This document shows positions 1 through 8,179 of a DNA stretch of 14,469 nt, piece after piece. The position numbers and the translations under genes were made by a program. The notes under the pieces are model-generated. The model had not been told where the DNA came from. It worked only from the letters and a program-made list of their open reading frames with translations, and searched no databases. Source of the DNA: a virus (taxonomy: Duplodnaviria > Heunggongvirae > Uroviricota > Caudoviricetes); the IMG/VR virus record IMGVR_UViG_2563366931_000002; one strand, written 5' to 3'. Positions within the stretch are counted from its first letter, which is position 1, and the number at the start of each line of letters is the position of its first letter.

Positions 1-2220
1 GGGCTTGCCGGTGCGATCACCCTGCCGATGGTGGGGGCCACCTCGCTGGCGGTGGCGACCGGAGCGCTGGCGTATGCCTGGTATCAGGGCAACTCAACCC
101 TGTCCGATTTCAACAAAACGCTGGTCCTTTCCGGCAATCAGGCGGGACTGACGGCAGATCGTATGCTGGTCCTGTCCAGAGCCGGGCAGGCGGCAGGGCT
201 GACGTTTAACCAGACCAGCGAGTCACTCAGCGCACTGGTTAAGGCGGGGGTAAGCGGTGAGGCTCAGATTGCGTCCATCAGCCAGAGTGTGGCGCGTTTC
301 TCCTCTGCATCCGGCGTGGAGGTGGACAAGGTCGCTGAAGCCTTCGGGAAGCTGACCACAGACCCGACGTCGGGGCTGACGGCGATGGCACGCCAGTTCC
401 ATAACGTGACGGCGGAGCAGATTGCGTATGTTGCTCAGTTGCAGCGTTCCGGCGATGAAGCCGGGGCATTGCAGGCGGCGAACGAGGCCGCAACGAAAGG
501 GTTTGATGACCAGACCCGACGCCTGAAAGAGAACATGGGCACGCTGGAAACCTGGGCAGACAGGACAGCACGGGCATTCAAATCCATGTGGGATGCGGTG
601 CTGGATATTGGTCGTCCTGATACCGCTCAGGAGATGCTGATTAAGGCAGAGGCTGCGTTTAAGAAAGCAGACGACATCTGGAATCTGCGCAAGGATGATT
701 ATTTTGTTAACGATGAAGCGCGGGCGCGTTACTGGGATGATCGTGAAAAGGCCCGTCTTGCGCTTGAAGCCGCCCGAAAGAAGGCTGAGCAGCAGAGTCA
801 ACAGGACAAAAATGCGCAGCAGCAGAGCGATACCGAAGCGTCACGGCTGAAATATACCGAAGAGGCGCAGAAGGCTTACGAACGGCTGCAGACGCCGCTG
901 GAGAAATATACCGCCCGTCAGGAAGAACTGAACAAGGCACTGAAGGACGGGAAAATTCTGCAGGCAGATTACAACACGCTGATGGCGGCGGCGAAAAAGG
1001 ACTATGAAGCGACGCTGAAAAAGCCGAAAGGCGTGAAGGTGTCTGCGGGCGATCGTCAGGAAGACAGTGCTCATGCTGCCCTGCTGACGCTTCAGGCAGA
1101 ACTCCGGACGCTGGAGAAGCATGCCGGAGCGAATGAGAAAATCAGCCAGCAGCGCCGGGATTTGTGGAAGGCAGAAAGTCAGTTCGCGGTACTGGAGGAG
1201 GCGGCACAACGTCGCCAGCTGTCCGCACAGGAGAAATCCCTGCTGGCGCATAAAGACGAGACGCTGGAGTACAAACGCCAGCTGGCTGTACTTGGCGACA
1301 AGGTCACCTATCAGGAGCACCTGAACGCGCTGGCGCAGCAGGCGGATAAGTTCGCACAGCAACAACGGGCAAAACGGGCCGCCATTGATGCAAAAAAACG
1401 GGGGCTGACTGACCGGCAGGCAGCGCGGGAAGCCACGGAACAGCGCCTGAAGGAACAGTATGGCGATAATCCGCTGGCGCTGAATAACGTCATGTCAGAG
1501 CAGAAAAAGACCTGGGCGGCTGAAGACCAGCTTCGCGGGAGCTGGATGGCAGGCCTGAAGTCCGGCTGGAGTGAGTGGGAAGAGAGCGCCACGGACAGTA
1601 TGTCGCAGGTTAAAAGTGCTGCCACGCAGACCTTTGATGGTATTGCACAGAATATGGCGGCGATGCTGACCGGCAGTGAGCAGAACTGGCGCAGCTTCAC
1701 CCGTTCCGTGCTGTCCATGATGACAGAAATTCTGCTTAAGCAGGCAATGGTGGGGATTGTCGGGAGTATCGGCAGCGCCATTGGCGGGGCTGTTGGTGGC
1801 GGCGCGTCCGCGTCAGGCGGTACAGCCATTCAGGCCGCTGCGGCGAAATTCCATTTTGCAACCGGAGGATTTACGGGAACCGGCGGCAAATATGAGCCAG
1901 CGGGGATTGTTCACCGCGGTGAATTTGTCTTCACGAAGGAGGCAACCAGCCGGATTGGCGTGGGGAATCTCTACCGGCTGATGCGCGGCTATGCCACCGG
2001 TGGTTATGTCGGTACACCGGGCAGCATGGCGGACAGCCGGTCGCAGGCGTCCGGGAAGTTTGAGCAGAATAACCATGTGGTGATTAACAACGACGGCACG
2101 AACGGTCAGATAGGGCCACAGGCGCTGAAGGCGGTTTATGACGTAGCCCGTAAGGCGGCAATGGATGTTGTGACCGGGCAGATGCGTGATGGTGGTCTGT
2201 TCTCCGGAGGTGGACGATGA
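1..2220 (+). CDS. H: Tail tape-measure protein, lambda gpH-like, 5'-truncated by the window edge (the reading frame is open from base 1; the ATG at 28 is internal)
   Basis: Frame 1 is open from position 1 to the TGA at 2218..2220. The translation is Ala/Gln/Lys-rich and predicted helical, with a Gly-rich C-terminal region, as in lambda gpH. It sits immediately upstream of M-L-K-I-J in the conserved lambda order, and its stop overlaps the M start (ATGA at 2217..2220). Confidence 0.9.
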   Translation, partial: GLAGAITLPMVGATSLAVATGALAYAWYQGNSTLSDFNKTLVLSGNQAGLTADRMLVLSRAGQAAGLTFNQTSESLSALVKAGVSGEAQIASISQSVARFSSASGVEVDKVAEAFGKLTTDPTSGLTAMARQFHNVTAEQIAYVAQLQRSGDEAGALQAANEAATKGFDDQTRRLKENMGTLETWADRTARAFKSMWDAVLDIGRPDTAQEMLIKAEAAFKKADDIWNLRKDDYFVNDEARARYWDDREKARLALEAARKKAEQQSQQDKNAQQQSDTEASRLKYTEEAQKAYERLQTPLEKYTARQEELNKALKDGKILQADYNTLMAAAKKDYEATLKKPKGVKVSAGDRQEDSAHAALLTLQAELRTLEKHAGANEKISQQRRDLWKAESQFAVLEEAAQRRQLSAQEKSLLAHKDETLEYKRQLAVLGDKVTYQEHLNALAQQADKFAQQQRAKRAAIDAKKRGLTDRQAAREATEQRLKEQYGDNPLALNNVMSEQKKTWAAEDQLRGSWMAGLKSGWSEWEESATDSMSQVKSAATQTFDGIAQNMAAMLTGSEQNWRSFTRSVLSMMTEILLKQAMVGIVGSIGSAIGGAVGGGASASGGTAIQAAAAKFHFATGGFTGTGGKYEPAGIVHRGEFVFTKEATSRIGVGNLYRLMRGYATGGYVGTPGSMADSRSQASGKFEQNNHVVINNDGTNGQIGPQALKAVYDVARKAAMDVVTGQMRDGGLFSGGGR

Positions 2221-2546
2221 AAACCTTCCGCTGGAAAGTGAAACCGGGTATGGATGTGGCTTCGACTCCTTCCGTCAGGGAGGTGCGCTTTGGTGATGGT
2301 TACTCCCAGCGCGCGCCTGCCGGGCTGAATGCCAACCTGAAAACGTACAGCGTGACGCTTTCTGTCCCCCGTTGGGAGGCCACGGCGCTGGAATCGTTTC
2401 TGGCAGAGCACGGAGGCTGGAAAGCCTTTCTGTGGACGCCGCCTTATGACTGGCGGCAGATAAAGGTGATCTGCGCAAAATGGACGTCGCGGGTCAGTAT
2501 GCTGCGTGTTGAGTTCAGCGCAGAGTTTAAACAGGTGGTGAACTGA
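2217..2546 (+). CDS. M: Minor tail protein M (tail tip), lambda gpM-like, 109 aa
   Basis: 109-aa ORF with the same length and N-terminus (MKTFRWKVKPG...) as lambda gpM as I recall it. Start overlaps the tape-measure stop (ATGA); stop overlaps the L start (TGATG). Confidence 0.9.
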   Translation: MKTFRWKVKPGMDVASTPSVREVRFGDGYSQRAPAGLNANLKTYSVTLSVPRWEATALESFLAEHGGWKAFLWTPPYDWRQIKVICAKWTSRVSMLRVEFSAEFKQVVN

Positions 2547-3244
2547 TGCAGGATATCCGGCAGGAAACACTGAATGAATGCACCCGTGCGGAGCAGTCGG
2601 CCAGCGTGGTGCTCTGGGAAATCGATCTGACAGAGGTCGGTGGTGAACGTTATTTTTTCTGTAATGAGCAGAACGAAAAAGGTGAGCCGGTTACCTGGCA
2701 GGGGCGGCAGTATCTGGCGTATCCCATTCAGGGGAGTGGTTTTGAACTGAATGGCAAAGGCACCAGTACGCGCCCCACGCTGGCAGTCTCTAACCTGTAC
2801 GGTATGGTCACCGGGATGGCGGAAGATCTGCAGAGTCTGGTCGGCGGAACGGTGGTCAGGCGTAAGGTTTACGCCCGTTTTCTGGATGCGGTGAACTTCG
2901 TCAACGGAAACAGTGACGCCGATCCGGAGCAGGAGGTGATCAGCCGCTGGCGCATCGAGCAGTGCAGCGAACTGAGCGCGGTCAGTGCCTCCTTTGTGTT
3001 GTCCACACCAACGGAAACGGATGGTGCTGTTTTTCCGGGGCGCATCATGCTGGCCAACACCTGCACCTGGACCTATCGCGGTGATGAGTGCGGTTATAAC
3101 GGTCCGGCTGTCGCGGATGAATATGACCAGCCGACGTCCGATATCACGAAGGATAAATGCAGCAAATGCCTGAGCGGCTGTAAGTTTCGCAATAACGTCG
3201 GCAACTTTGGCGGCTTCCTTTCCATTAACAAACTTTCGCAGTAA
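2546..3244 (+). CDS. L: Minor tail protein L (tail tip), lambda gpL-like, 232 aa, with C-terminal cysteine cluster
   Basis: 232-aa ORF matching lambda gpL in length and position. C-terminal Cys motif (C-x9-C ... C-x2-C-x3-C) is consistent with the Fe-S cluster reported for gpL. Translationally coupled to M. Confidence 0.9.
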   Translation: MQDIRQETLNECTRAEQSASVVLWEIDLTEVGGERYFFCNEQNEKGEPVTWQGRQYLAYPIQGSGFELNGKGTSTRPTLAVSNLYGMVTGMAEDLQSLVGGTVVRRKVYARFLDAVNFVNGNSDADPEQEVISRWRIEQCSELSAVSASFVLSTPTETDGAVFPGRIMLANTCTWTYRGDECGYNGPAVADEYDQPTSDITKDKCSKCLSGCKFRNNVGNFGGFLSINKLSQ

Positions 3245-3249
3245 ATCCC

Positions 3250-3993
3250 ATGACACAGACAGAATCAGCGATTCTGGCGCACGCCCGGCGATGTGCGCCA
3301 GCGGAGTCGTGCGGCTTCGTGGTAAGCACGCCGGAGGGGGAAAGATATTTTCCCTGCGTGAATATCTCCGGTGAGCCGGAGGCGTATTTCCGTATGTCGC
3401 CGGAAGACTGGCTGCAGGCAGAAATGCAGGGTGAGATTGTGGCGCTGGTCCACAGCCACCCCGGTGGTCTGCCCTGGCTGAGTGAGGCCGACCGGCGGCT
3501 GCAGGTGCAGAGTGATTTGCCGTGGTGGCTGGTCTGCCGGGGGACGATTCATAAGTTCCGCTGTGTGCCGCATCTCACCGGGCGGCGCTTTGAGCACGGT
3601 GTGACGGACTGTTACACACTGTTCCGGGATGCTTATCATCTGGCGGGGATTGAGATGCCGGACTTTTATCGTGAGGATGACTGGTGGCGTAACGGCCAGA
3701 ATCTCTATCTGGATAATCTGGAGGCGACGGGGCTGTATCAGGTGCCGTTGTCAGCGGCACAGCCGGGCGATGTGCTGCTGTGCTGTTTTGGTTCATCAGT
3801 GCCGAATCACGCCGCAATTTACTGCGGCGACGGCGAGCTGCTGCACCATATTCCTGAACAACTGAGCAAACGAGAGAGGTACACCGACAAATGGCAGCGA
3901 CGCACACACTCCCTCTGGCGTCACCGGGCATGGCGCGCATCTGCCTTTACGGGGATTTACAACGATTTGGTCGCCGCATCGACCTTCGTGTGA
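3250..3993 (+). CDS. K: Tail tip assembly protein K (lambda gpK-like), with MPN/JAMM and NlpC/P60-type motifs; full-length ORF 247 aa, alternative internal start at 3394 would give 199 aa
   Basis: The translation contains a JAMM-type motif (HSHPGGLPWLSEAD, i.e. H-x-H-x7-S-x2-D) with an upstream Glu (PAESCGF), followed by an NlpC/P60-like Cys (GVTDCYTLF) and His (NHAAIY). The ORF starts 6 bp after the L stop. The last 103 bp overlap gene I in a different frame, as in lambda. Confidence 0.85.
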   Translation: MTQTESAILAHARRCAPAESCGFVVSTPEGERYFPCVNISGEPEAYFRMSPEDWLQAEMQGEIVALVHSHPGGLPWLSEADRRLQVQSDLPWWLVCRGTIHKFRCVPHLTGRRFEHGVTDCYTLFRDAYHLAGIEMPDFYREDDWWRNGQNLYLDNLEATGLYQVPLSAAQPGDVLLCCFGSSVPNHAAIYCGDGELLHHIPEQLSKRERYTDKWQRRTHSLWRHRAWRASAFTGIYNDLVAASTFV

Positions 3994-4562
3994 AAACGGG
4001 GGCTGAAGCCATCCGGGCACTGGCCACACAGCTCCCGGCGTTTCGTCAGAAACTGAGCGACGGCTGGTATCAGGTACGGATTGCCGGGCGGGACGTCAGC
4101 ACGTCCGGGTTAACGGCGCAGTTACATGAGACTCTGCCTGATGGCGCTGTGATTCATATTGTTCCCAGAGTCGCCGGGGCCAAGTCAGGTGGCGTATTCC
4201 AGATTGTCCTGGGGGCTGCCGCCATTGCCGGATCATTCTTTACCGCCGGAGCCACCCTTGCAGCATGGGGGGCAGCCATTGGGGCCGGTGGTATGACCGG
4301 CATCCTGTTTTCTCTCGGTGCCAGTATGGTGCTCGGTGGTGTGGCGCAGATGCTGGCACCGAAAGCCAGAACTCCCCGTACACAGACAACGGATAACGGT
4401 AAGCAGAACACCTATTTCTCCTCACTGGATAACATGGTTGCCCAGGGCAATGTTCTGCCGGTTCTGTACGGTGAAATGCGCGTGGGGTCGCGGGTGGTCT
4501 CTCAGGAGATCAGCACGGCAGACGAAGGGGATGGTGGTCAGGTTGTGGTGATTGGTCGCTGA
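3891..4562 (+). CDS. I: Tail tip assembly protein I (lambda gpI-like), 223 aa
   Basis: 223-aa ORF, the same length as lambda gpI, with a Gly/Ala-rich hydrophobic C-terminal segment. Starts inside the 3' end of K (overlap 3891..3993). GAGAGG Shine-Dalgarno-like sequence upstream. Confidence 0.85.
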   Translation: MAATHTLPLASPGMARICLYGDLQRFGRRIDLRVKTGAEAIRALATQLPAFRQKLSDGWYQVRIAGRDVSTSGLTAQLHETLPDGAVIHIVPRVAGAKSGGVFQIVLGAAAIAGSFFTAGATLAAWGAAIGAGGMTGILFSLGASMVLGGVAQMLAPKARTPRTQTTDNGKQNTYFSSLDNMVAQGNVLPVLYGEMRVGSRVVSQEISTADEGDGGQVVVIGR

Positions 4563-4582
4563 TGAAAAACGTTTATGTGAAA

Positions 4583-4604
4583 CCGCCTCCGGGCGGTTTT
4601 GTCG
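4583..4604 (+). terminator. Possible weak hairpin / attenuator between I and J (AACCGCC-loop-GGCGGTT followed by TTGTCGTTT)
   Basis: Inverted repeat read directly in the I-J intergenic spacer, followed by a T-rich run. Weak; it may only be an mRNA structure element. Confidence 0.3.
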
Positions 4605-4621
4605 TTTATGGAGCGTGAGGA

Positions 4622-7600
4622 ATGGGTAAAGGCAGCAGTAAGGGGCATACTCCGCGCGAAGCGAAGGACAACCTGAAGTCCACGCAGTTGCTGAGTGTGA
4701 TCGATGCCATCAGCGAAGGGCCGGTTGAAGGTCCGGTGGATGGATTAAAAAGCGTGCTGCTGAACAGTACGCCAGTGCTGGACAGTGAGGGGAATACCAA
4801 TATCTCCGGCGTCACGGTGGTGTTCCGGGCCGGTGAGCAGGAGCAGACACCGCCGGAGGGATTTGAATCCTCCGGCTCCGAGACGGTGCTGGGTACGGAA
4901 GTGAAATACGACACGCCGATCACCCGGACCATCACGTCGGCAAACATTGACCGACTGCGTTTTACCTTCGGCGTGCAGGCACTGGTGGAAACCACCTCAA
5001 AGGGGGACAGGAATCCGTCGGAAGTCCGCCTGCTGGTTCAGATCCAGCGTAATGGTGGCTGGGTGACGGAAAAAGACATCACCATTAAGGGCAAAACCAC
5101 CTCGCAGTATCTGGCCTCGGTGGTGGTGGGTAACCTGCCGCCGCGCCCGTTCAATATCCGGATGCGCAGGATGACGCCGGACAGCACCACAGACCAGCTG
5201 CAGAACAAAACGCTCTGGTCGTCATACACCGAAATCATCGATGTGAAACAGGGCTACCCGAACACGGCACTGGTCGGCGTGCAGGTGGATTCGGAGCAGT
5301 TCGGCAGCCAGCAGGTGAGCCGTAATTATCATCTGCGCGGGCGCATTCTGCAGGTGCCGTCGAACTATAACCCGCAGACGCGGCAATACAGCGGTATCTG
5401 GGACGGAACGTTTAAACCGGCATACAGCAACAACATGGCCTGGTGTCTGTGGGATATGCTGACCCATCCGCGCTACGGCATGGGGAAACGTCTTGGTGCG
5501 GCGGATGTGGATAAATGGGCGCTGTATGTCATCGGCCAGTACTGCGACCAGTCAGTGCCGGACGGCTTTGGCGGCACGGAGCCGCGCATCACCTGTAATG
5601 CGTACCTGACCACACAGCGCAAGGCGTGGGATGTGCTCAGTGATTTCTGCTCGGCGATGCGCTGTATGCCGGTATGGAACGGGCAGACGCTGACGTTCGT
5701 GCAGGACCGACCATCAGATAAGGTGTGGACCTATAACCGCAGTAATGTGGTGATGCCGGATGATGGCGCGCCGTTCCGCTACAGCTTCAGCGCCCTGAAG
5801 GACCGCCATAATGCCGTTGAGGTGAACTGGATTGACCCGAATAACGGCTGGGAGACGGCGACAGAGCTTGTGGAGGACACGCAGGCCATTGCCCGTTACG
5901 GTCGTAACGTCACGAAGATGGATGCCTTTGGCTGTACCAGCCGGGGGCAGGCACATCGCGCCGGGCTGTGGCTGATTAAAACAGAACTGCTGGAAACGCA
6001 GACCGTGGACTTCAGCGTGGGCGCAGAAGGGCTTCGCCATGTGCCGGGCGATGTCATTGAAATCTGTGATGATGACTATGCCGGTATCAGCATCGGCGGG
6101 CGCGTGCTGGCGGTAAACAGCCAGACCCGGACGCTGACGCTCGACCGTGAAATCACGCTGCCATCCTCCGGTACCACGCTGATAAGCCTGGTTGACGGAA
6201 GTGGCAATCCGGTCAGCGTGGAGGTTCAGTCCGTCACCGACGGCGTGAAGGTGAAAGTGAGCCGTGTTCCTGACGGCGTTGCTGAATACAGCGTGTGGGG
6301 GCTGAAGCTGCCGACGCTGCGCCAGCGCCTGTTCCGCTGCGTGAGTATCCGTGAGAACGACGACGGCACGTATGCCATCACCGCCGTGCAGCATGTACCG
6401 GAAAAAGAAGCCATCGTGGATAACGGGGCGCACTTTGACGGCGACCAGAGCGGCACGGTGAATGGTGTCACGCCGCCAGCGGTGCAGCACCTGACTGCCG
6501 AAGTCACCGCAGACAGCGGGGAATATCAGGTGCTGGCGCGCTGGGACACGCCGAAGGTGGTGAAGGGTGTGAGCTTTATGCTTCGCCTGACCGTAACAGC
6601 GGATGACGGCAGTGAGCGGCTGGTCAGCACGGCCCGGACGATGGAAACCACTTACCGCTTCACACAACTGGCGCTGGGGAACTACAGGCTGACAGTCCGG
6701 GCAGTAAATGCGTGGGGGCAGCAGGGCGATCCGGCGTCGGTATCGTTCCGGATTGCCGCACCGGCAGCGCCGTCGCGGATTGAGCTGACGCCGGGCTATT
6801 TTCAGATAACCGCCACGCCGCATCTTGCGGTTTATGATCCGACGGTACAGTTTGAGTTCTGGTTCTCGGAAAAGCGGATTGCGGATATCAGGCAGGTTGA
6901 AACCACAGCACGCTATCTTGGCACGGCGCTGTACTGGATAGCCGCCAGTATCAATATCAAACCGGGCCATGATTATTACTTTTATATCCGCAGTGTGAAC
7001 ACCGTTGGCAAATCGGCATTCGTGGAGGCTGTCGGTCAGCCGAGTGATGATGCATCAGGCTATCTGGATTTTTTCAAAGGAGAAATCGGGAAAACACATC
7101 TGGCCCAGGAGCTGTGGACGCAGATTGATAACGGTCAGCTTGCGCCTGACCTGGCTGAAATCAGGACGTCCATTACGGATGTCAGCAATGAAATCACACA
7201 GACCGTCAATAAGAAACTGGAAGACCAGAGTGCAGCGATCCAGCAGATACAGAAAGTTCAGGTTGATACAAATAATAACCTGAACAGCATGTGGGCTGTG
7301 AAGCTGCAGCAGATGCAGGACGGACGCCTTTATATTGCGGGTATCGGTGCCGGTATTGAGAACACCCCTGACGGCATGCAGAGTCAGGTGCTGCTGGCGG
7401 CAGACAGGATTGCGATGATTAATCCTGCGAATGGCAACACAAAACCGATGTTTGTTGGTCAGGGCGATCAGATATTCATGAACGACGTGTTCCTGAAACG
7501 CCTGACGGCCCCCACCATTACCAGCGGTGGAAATCCACCGGCATTTTCCCTGACACCGGACGGAAAGCTGACCGCTAAAAATGCGGATATCAGTGGCAGT

Positions 7601-8119
7601 GTGAATGCGAACGCCGGGACGCTCAACAATGTCACGGTAAATGAAAACTGTACGATTAAGGGCATGCTGGAGGCGACTCAGGTCAGAGGTGACTTCGTTA
7701 AAGCTGTATCCAAATCATTCCCGAAACAGGCTGGTACGTGGGGTAATACGGAAACACCAAACGGGACGGTTACAGTCACCATCAGCGATGATCATAACTT
7801 TGACCGTCAAATCATTATTCCGCCCATTATCTTTAACGGAATAGCGTATAGCGATCCGGGAAGTGGTAATAACCCGGGAGGTACAAGATACACGGGTTAT
7901 GGTTTTGAAGTTCGCAAAAACGGTGTATTAATCGCATCCAGAGAAACTAAAGGGGCCATTCCCGGTAGCTACAGTGCGGTTATTGATATGCCGAGTGGCA
8001 GGGGAAGCGTCACTCTGGAGTTTAAGATTTTCCAGAAAGGCAATCAGGGCGCAGGTAACATCACAGACTGTACGGTGATTGTGACCAAAAAAGCTGCTTC
8101 CGGTATCAGTATCCGTTGA
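4622..8119 (+). CDS. J: Host specificity protein J (central tail fibre / tail tip), lambda gpJ-like, 1165 aa
   Basis: Very long ORF downstream of I, with a GAGG Shine-Dalgarno 5 bp upstream. The N-terminus ([29 protein letters not shown]...) and most of the body match lambda gpJ as I recall it. It is about 30 codons longer than lambda J, and the 3' end drifts to lower GC. Confidence 0.92.
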   Translation: MGKGSSKGHTPREAKDNLKSTQLLSVIDAISEGPVEGPVDGLKSVLLNSTPVLDSEGNTNISGVTVVFRAGEQEQTPPEGFESSGSETVLGTEVKYDTPITRTITSANIDRLRFTFGVQALVETTSKGDRNPSEVRLLVQIQRNGGWVTEKDITIKGKTTSQYLASVVVGNLPPRPFNIRMRRMTPDSTTDQLQNKTLWSSYTEIIDVKQGYPNTALVGVQVDSEQFGSQQVSRNYHLRGRILQVPSNYNPQTRQYSGIWDGTFKPAYSNNMAWCLWDMLTHPRYGMGKRLGAADVDKWALYVIGQYCDQSVPDGFGGTEPRITCNAYLTTQRKAWDVLSDFCSAMRCMPVWNGQTLTFVQDRPSDKVWTYNRSNVVMPDDGAPFRYSFSALKDRHNAVEVNWIDPNNGWETATELVEDTQAIARYGRNVTKMDAFGCTSRGQAHRAGLWLIKTELLETQTVDFSVGAEGLRHVPGDVIEICDDDYAGISIGGRVLAVNSQTRTLTLDREITLPSSGTTLISLVDGSGNPVSVEVQSVTDGVKVKVSRVPDGVAEYSVWGLKLPTLRQRLFRCVSIRENDDGTYAITAVQHVPEKEAIVDNGAHFDGDQSGTVNGVTPPAVQHLTAEVTADSGEYQVLARWDTPKVVKGVSFMLRLTVTADDGSERLVSTARTMETTYRFTQLALGNYRLTVRAVNAWGQQGDPASVSFRIAAPAAPSRIELTPGYFQITATPHLAVYDPTVQFEFWFSEKRIADIRQVETTARYLGTALYWIAASINIKPGHDYYFYIRSVNTVGKSAFVEAVGQPSDDASGYLDFFKGEIGKTHLAQELWTQIDNGQLAPDLAEIRTSITDVSNEITQTVNKKLEDQSAAIQQIQKVQVDTNNNLNSMWAVKLQQMQDGRLYIAGIGAGIENTPDGMQSQVLLAADRIAMINPANGNTKPMFVGQGDQIFMNDVFLKRLTAPTITSGGNPPAFSLTPDGKLTAKNADISGSVNANAGTLNNVTVNENCTIKGMLEATQVRGDFVKAVSKSFPKQAGTWGNTETPNGTVTVTISDDHNFDRQIIIPPIIFNGIAYSDPGSGNNPGGTRYTGYGFEVRKNGVLIASRETKGAIPGSYSAVIDMPSGRGSVTLEFKIFQKGNQGAGNITDCTVIVTKKAASGISIR

Positions 8120-8140
8120 AATATTTATAACCCCAATACG

Positions 8141-8164
8141 GGCGCCAGAAATGGCGCCTTTTTT
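8141..8164 (+). terminator. Rho-independent terminator downstream of J (GGCGCC-AGAAAT-GGCGCC stem-loop plus TTTTTT)
   Basis: Perfect 6-bp GC stem with a 6-nt loop at 8141..8158, immediately followed by a T6 run, 22 bp after the J stop and just before the fibre gene. Confidence 0.6.
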
Positions 8165-8179
8165 ATTTGTGGAGTGAGT

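Noticed and set aside
1311-1829. 172-aa - strand ORF inside the tape-measure gene (and similar ORFs at 223..801 and 841..1365)
   Set aside because: Antisense shadow ORFs within a conserved GC-rich gene; Cys/Arg/Ala-rich low-complexity translations.
28-2220. ATG at 28 as the start of the tape-measure gene
   Set aside because: The frame is open upstream to base 1, and lambda-type tape-measure proteins are about 850 aa; the true start lies outside the window.
2444-3256. 270-aa - strand ORF overlapping L
   Set aside because: Antisense to gpL; low-complexity translation; no ribosome-binding site. Treated as a spurious shadow ORF.
5714-6970. 418-aa ORF on the - strand inside J
   Set aside because: It lies antisense to a well-supported, highly conserved gene in GC-rich DNA, where long stop-free antisense frames arise by chance. 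The translation is Arg/Pro/Ala-rich with no recognisable motif.
8174-8179. GTG at 8174 as the fibre start (as in the ORF track)
   Set aside because: The ATG at 8180 is 5 bp after GGAG and gives an N-terminus (MAVQISGVLKDG) matching the lambda Stf N-terminus as I recall it; the GTG would leave no Shine-Dalgarno spacing.
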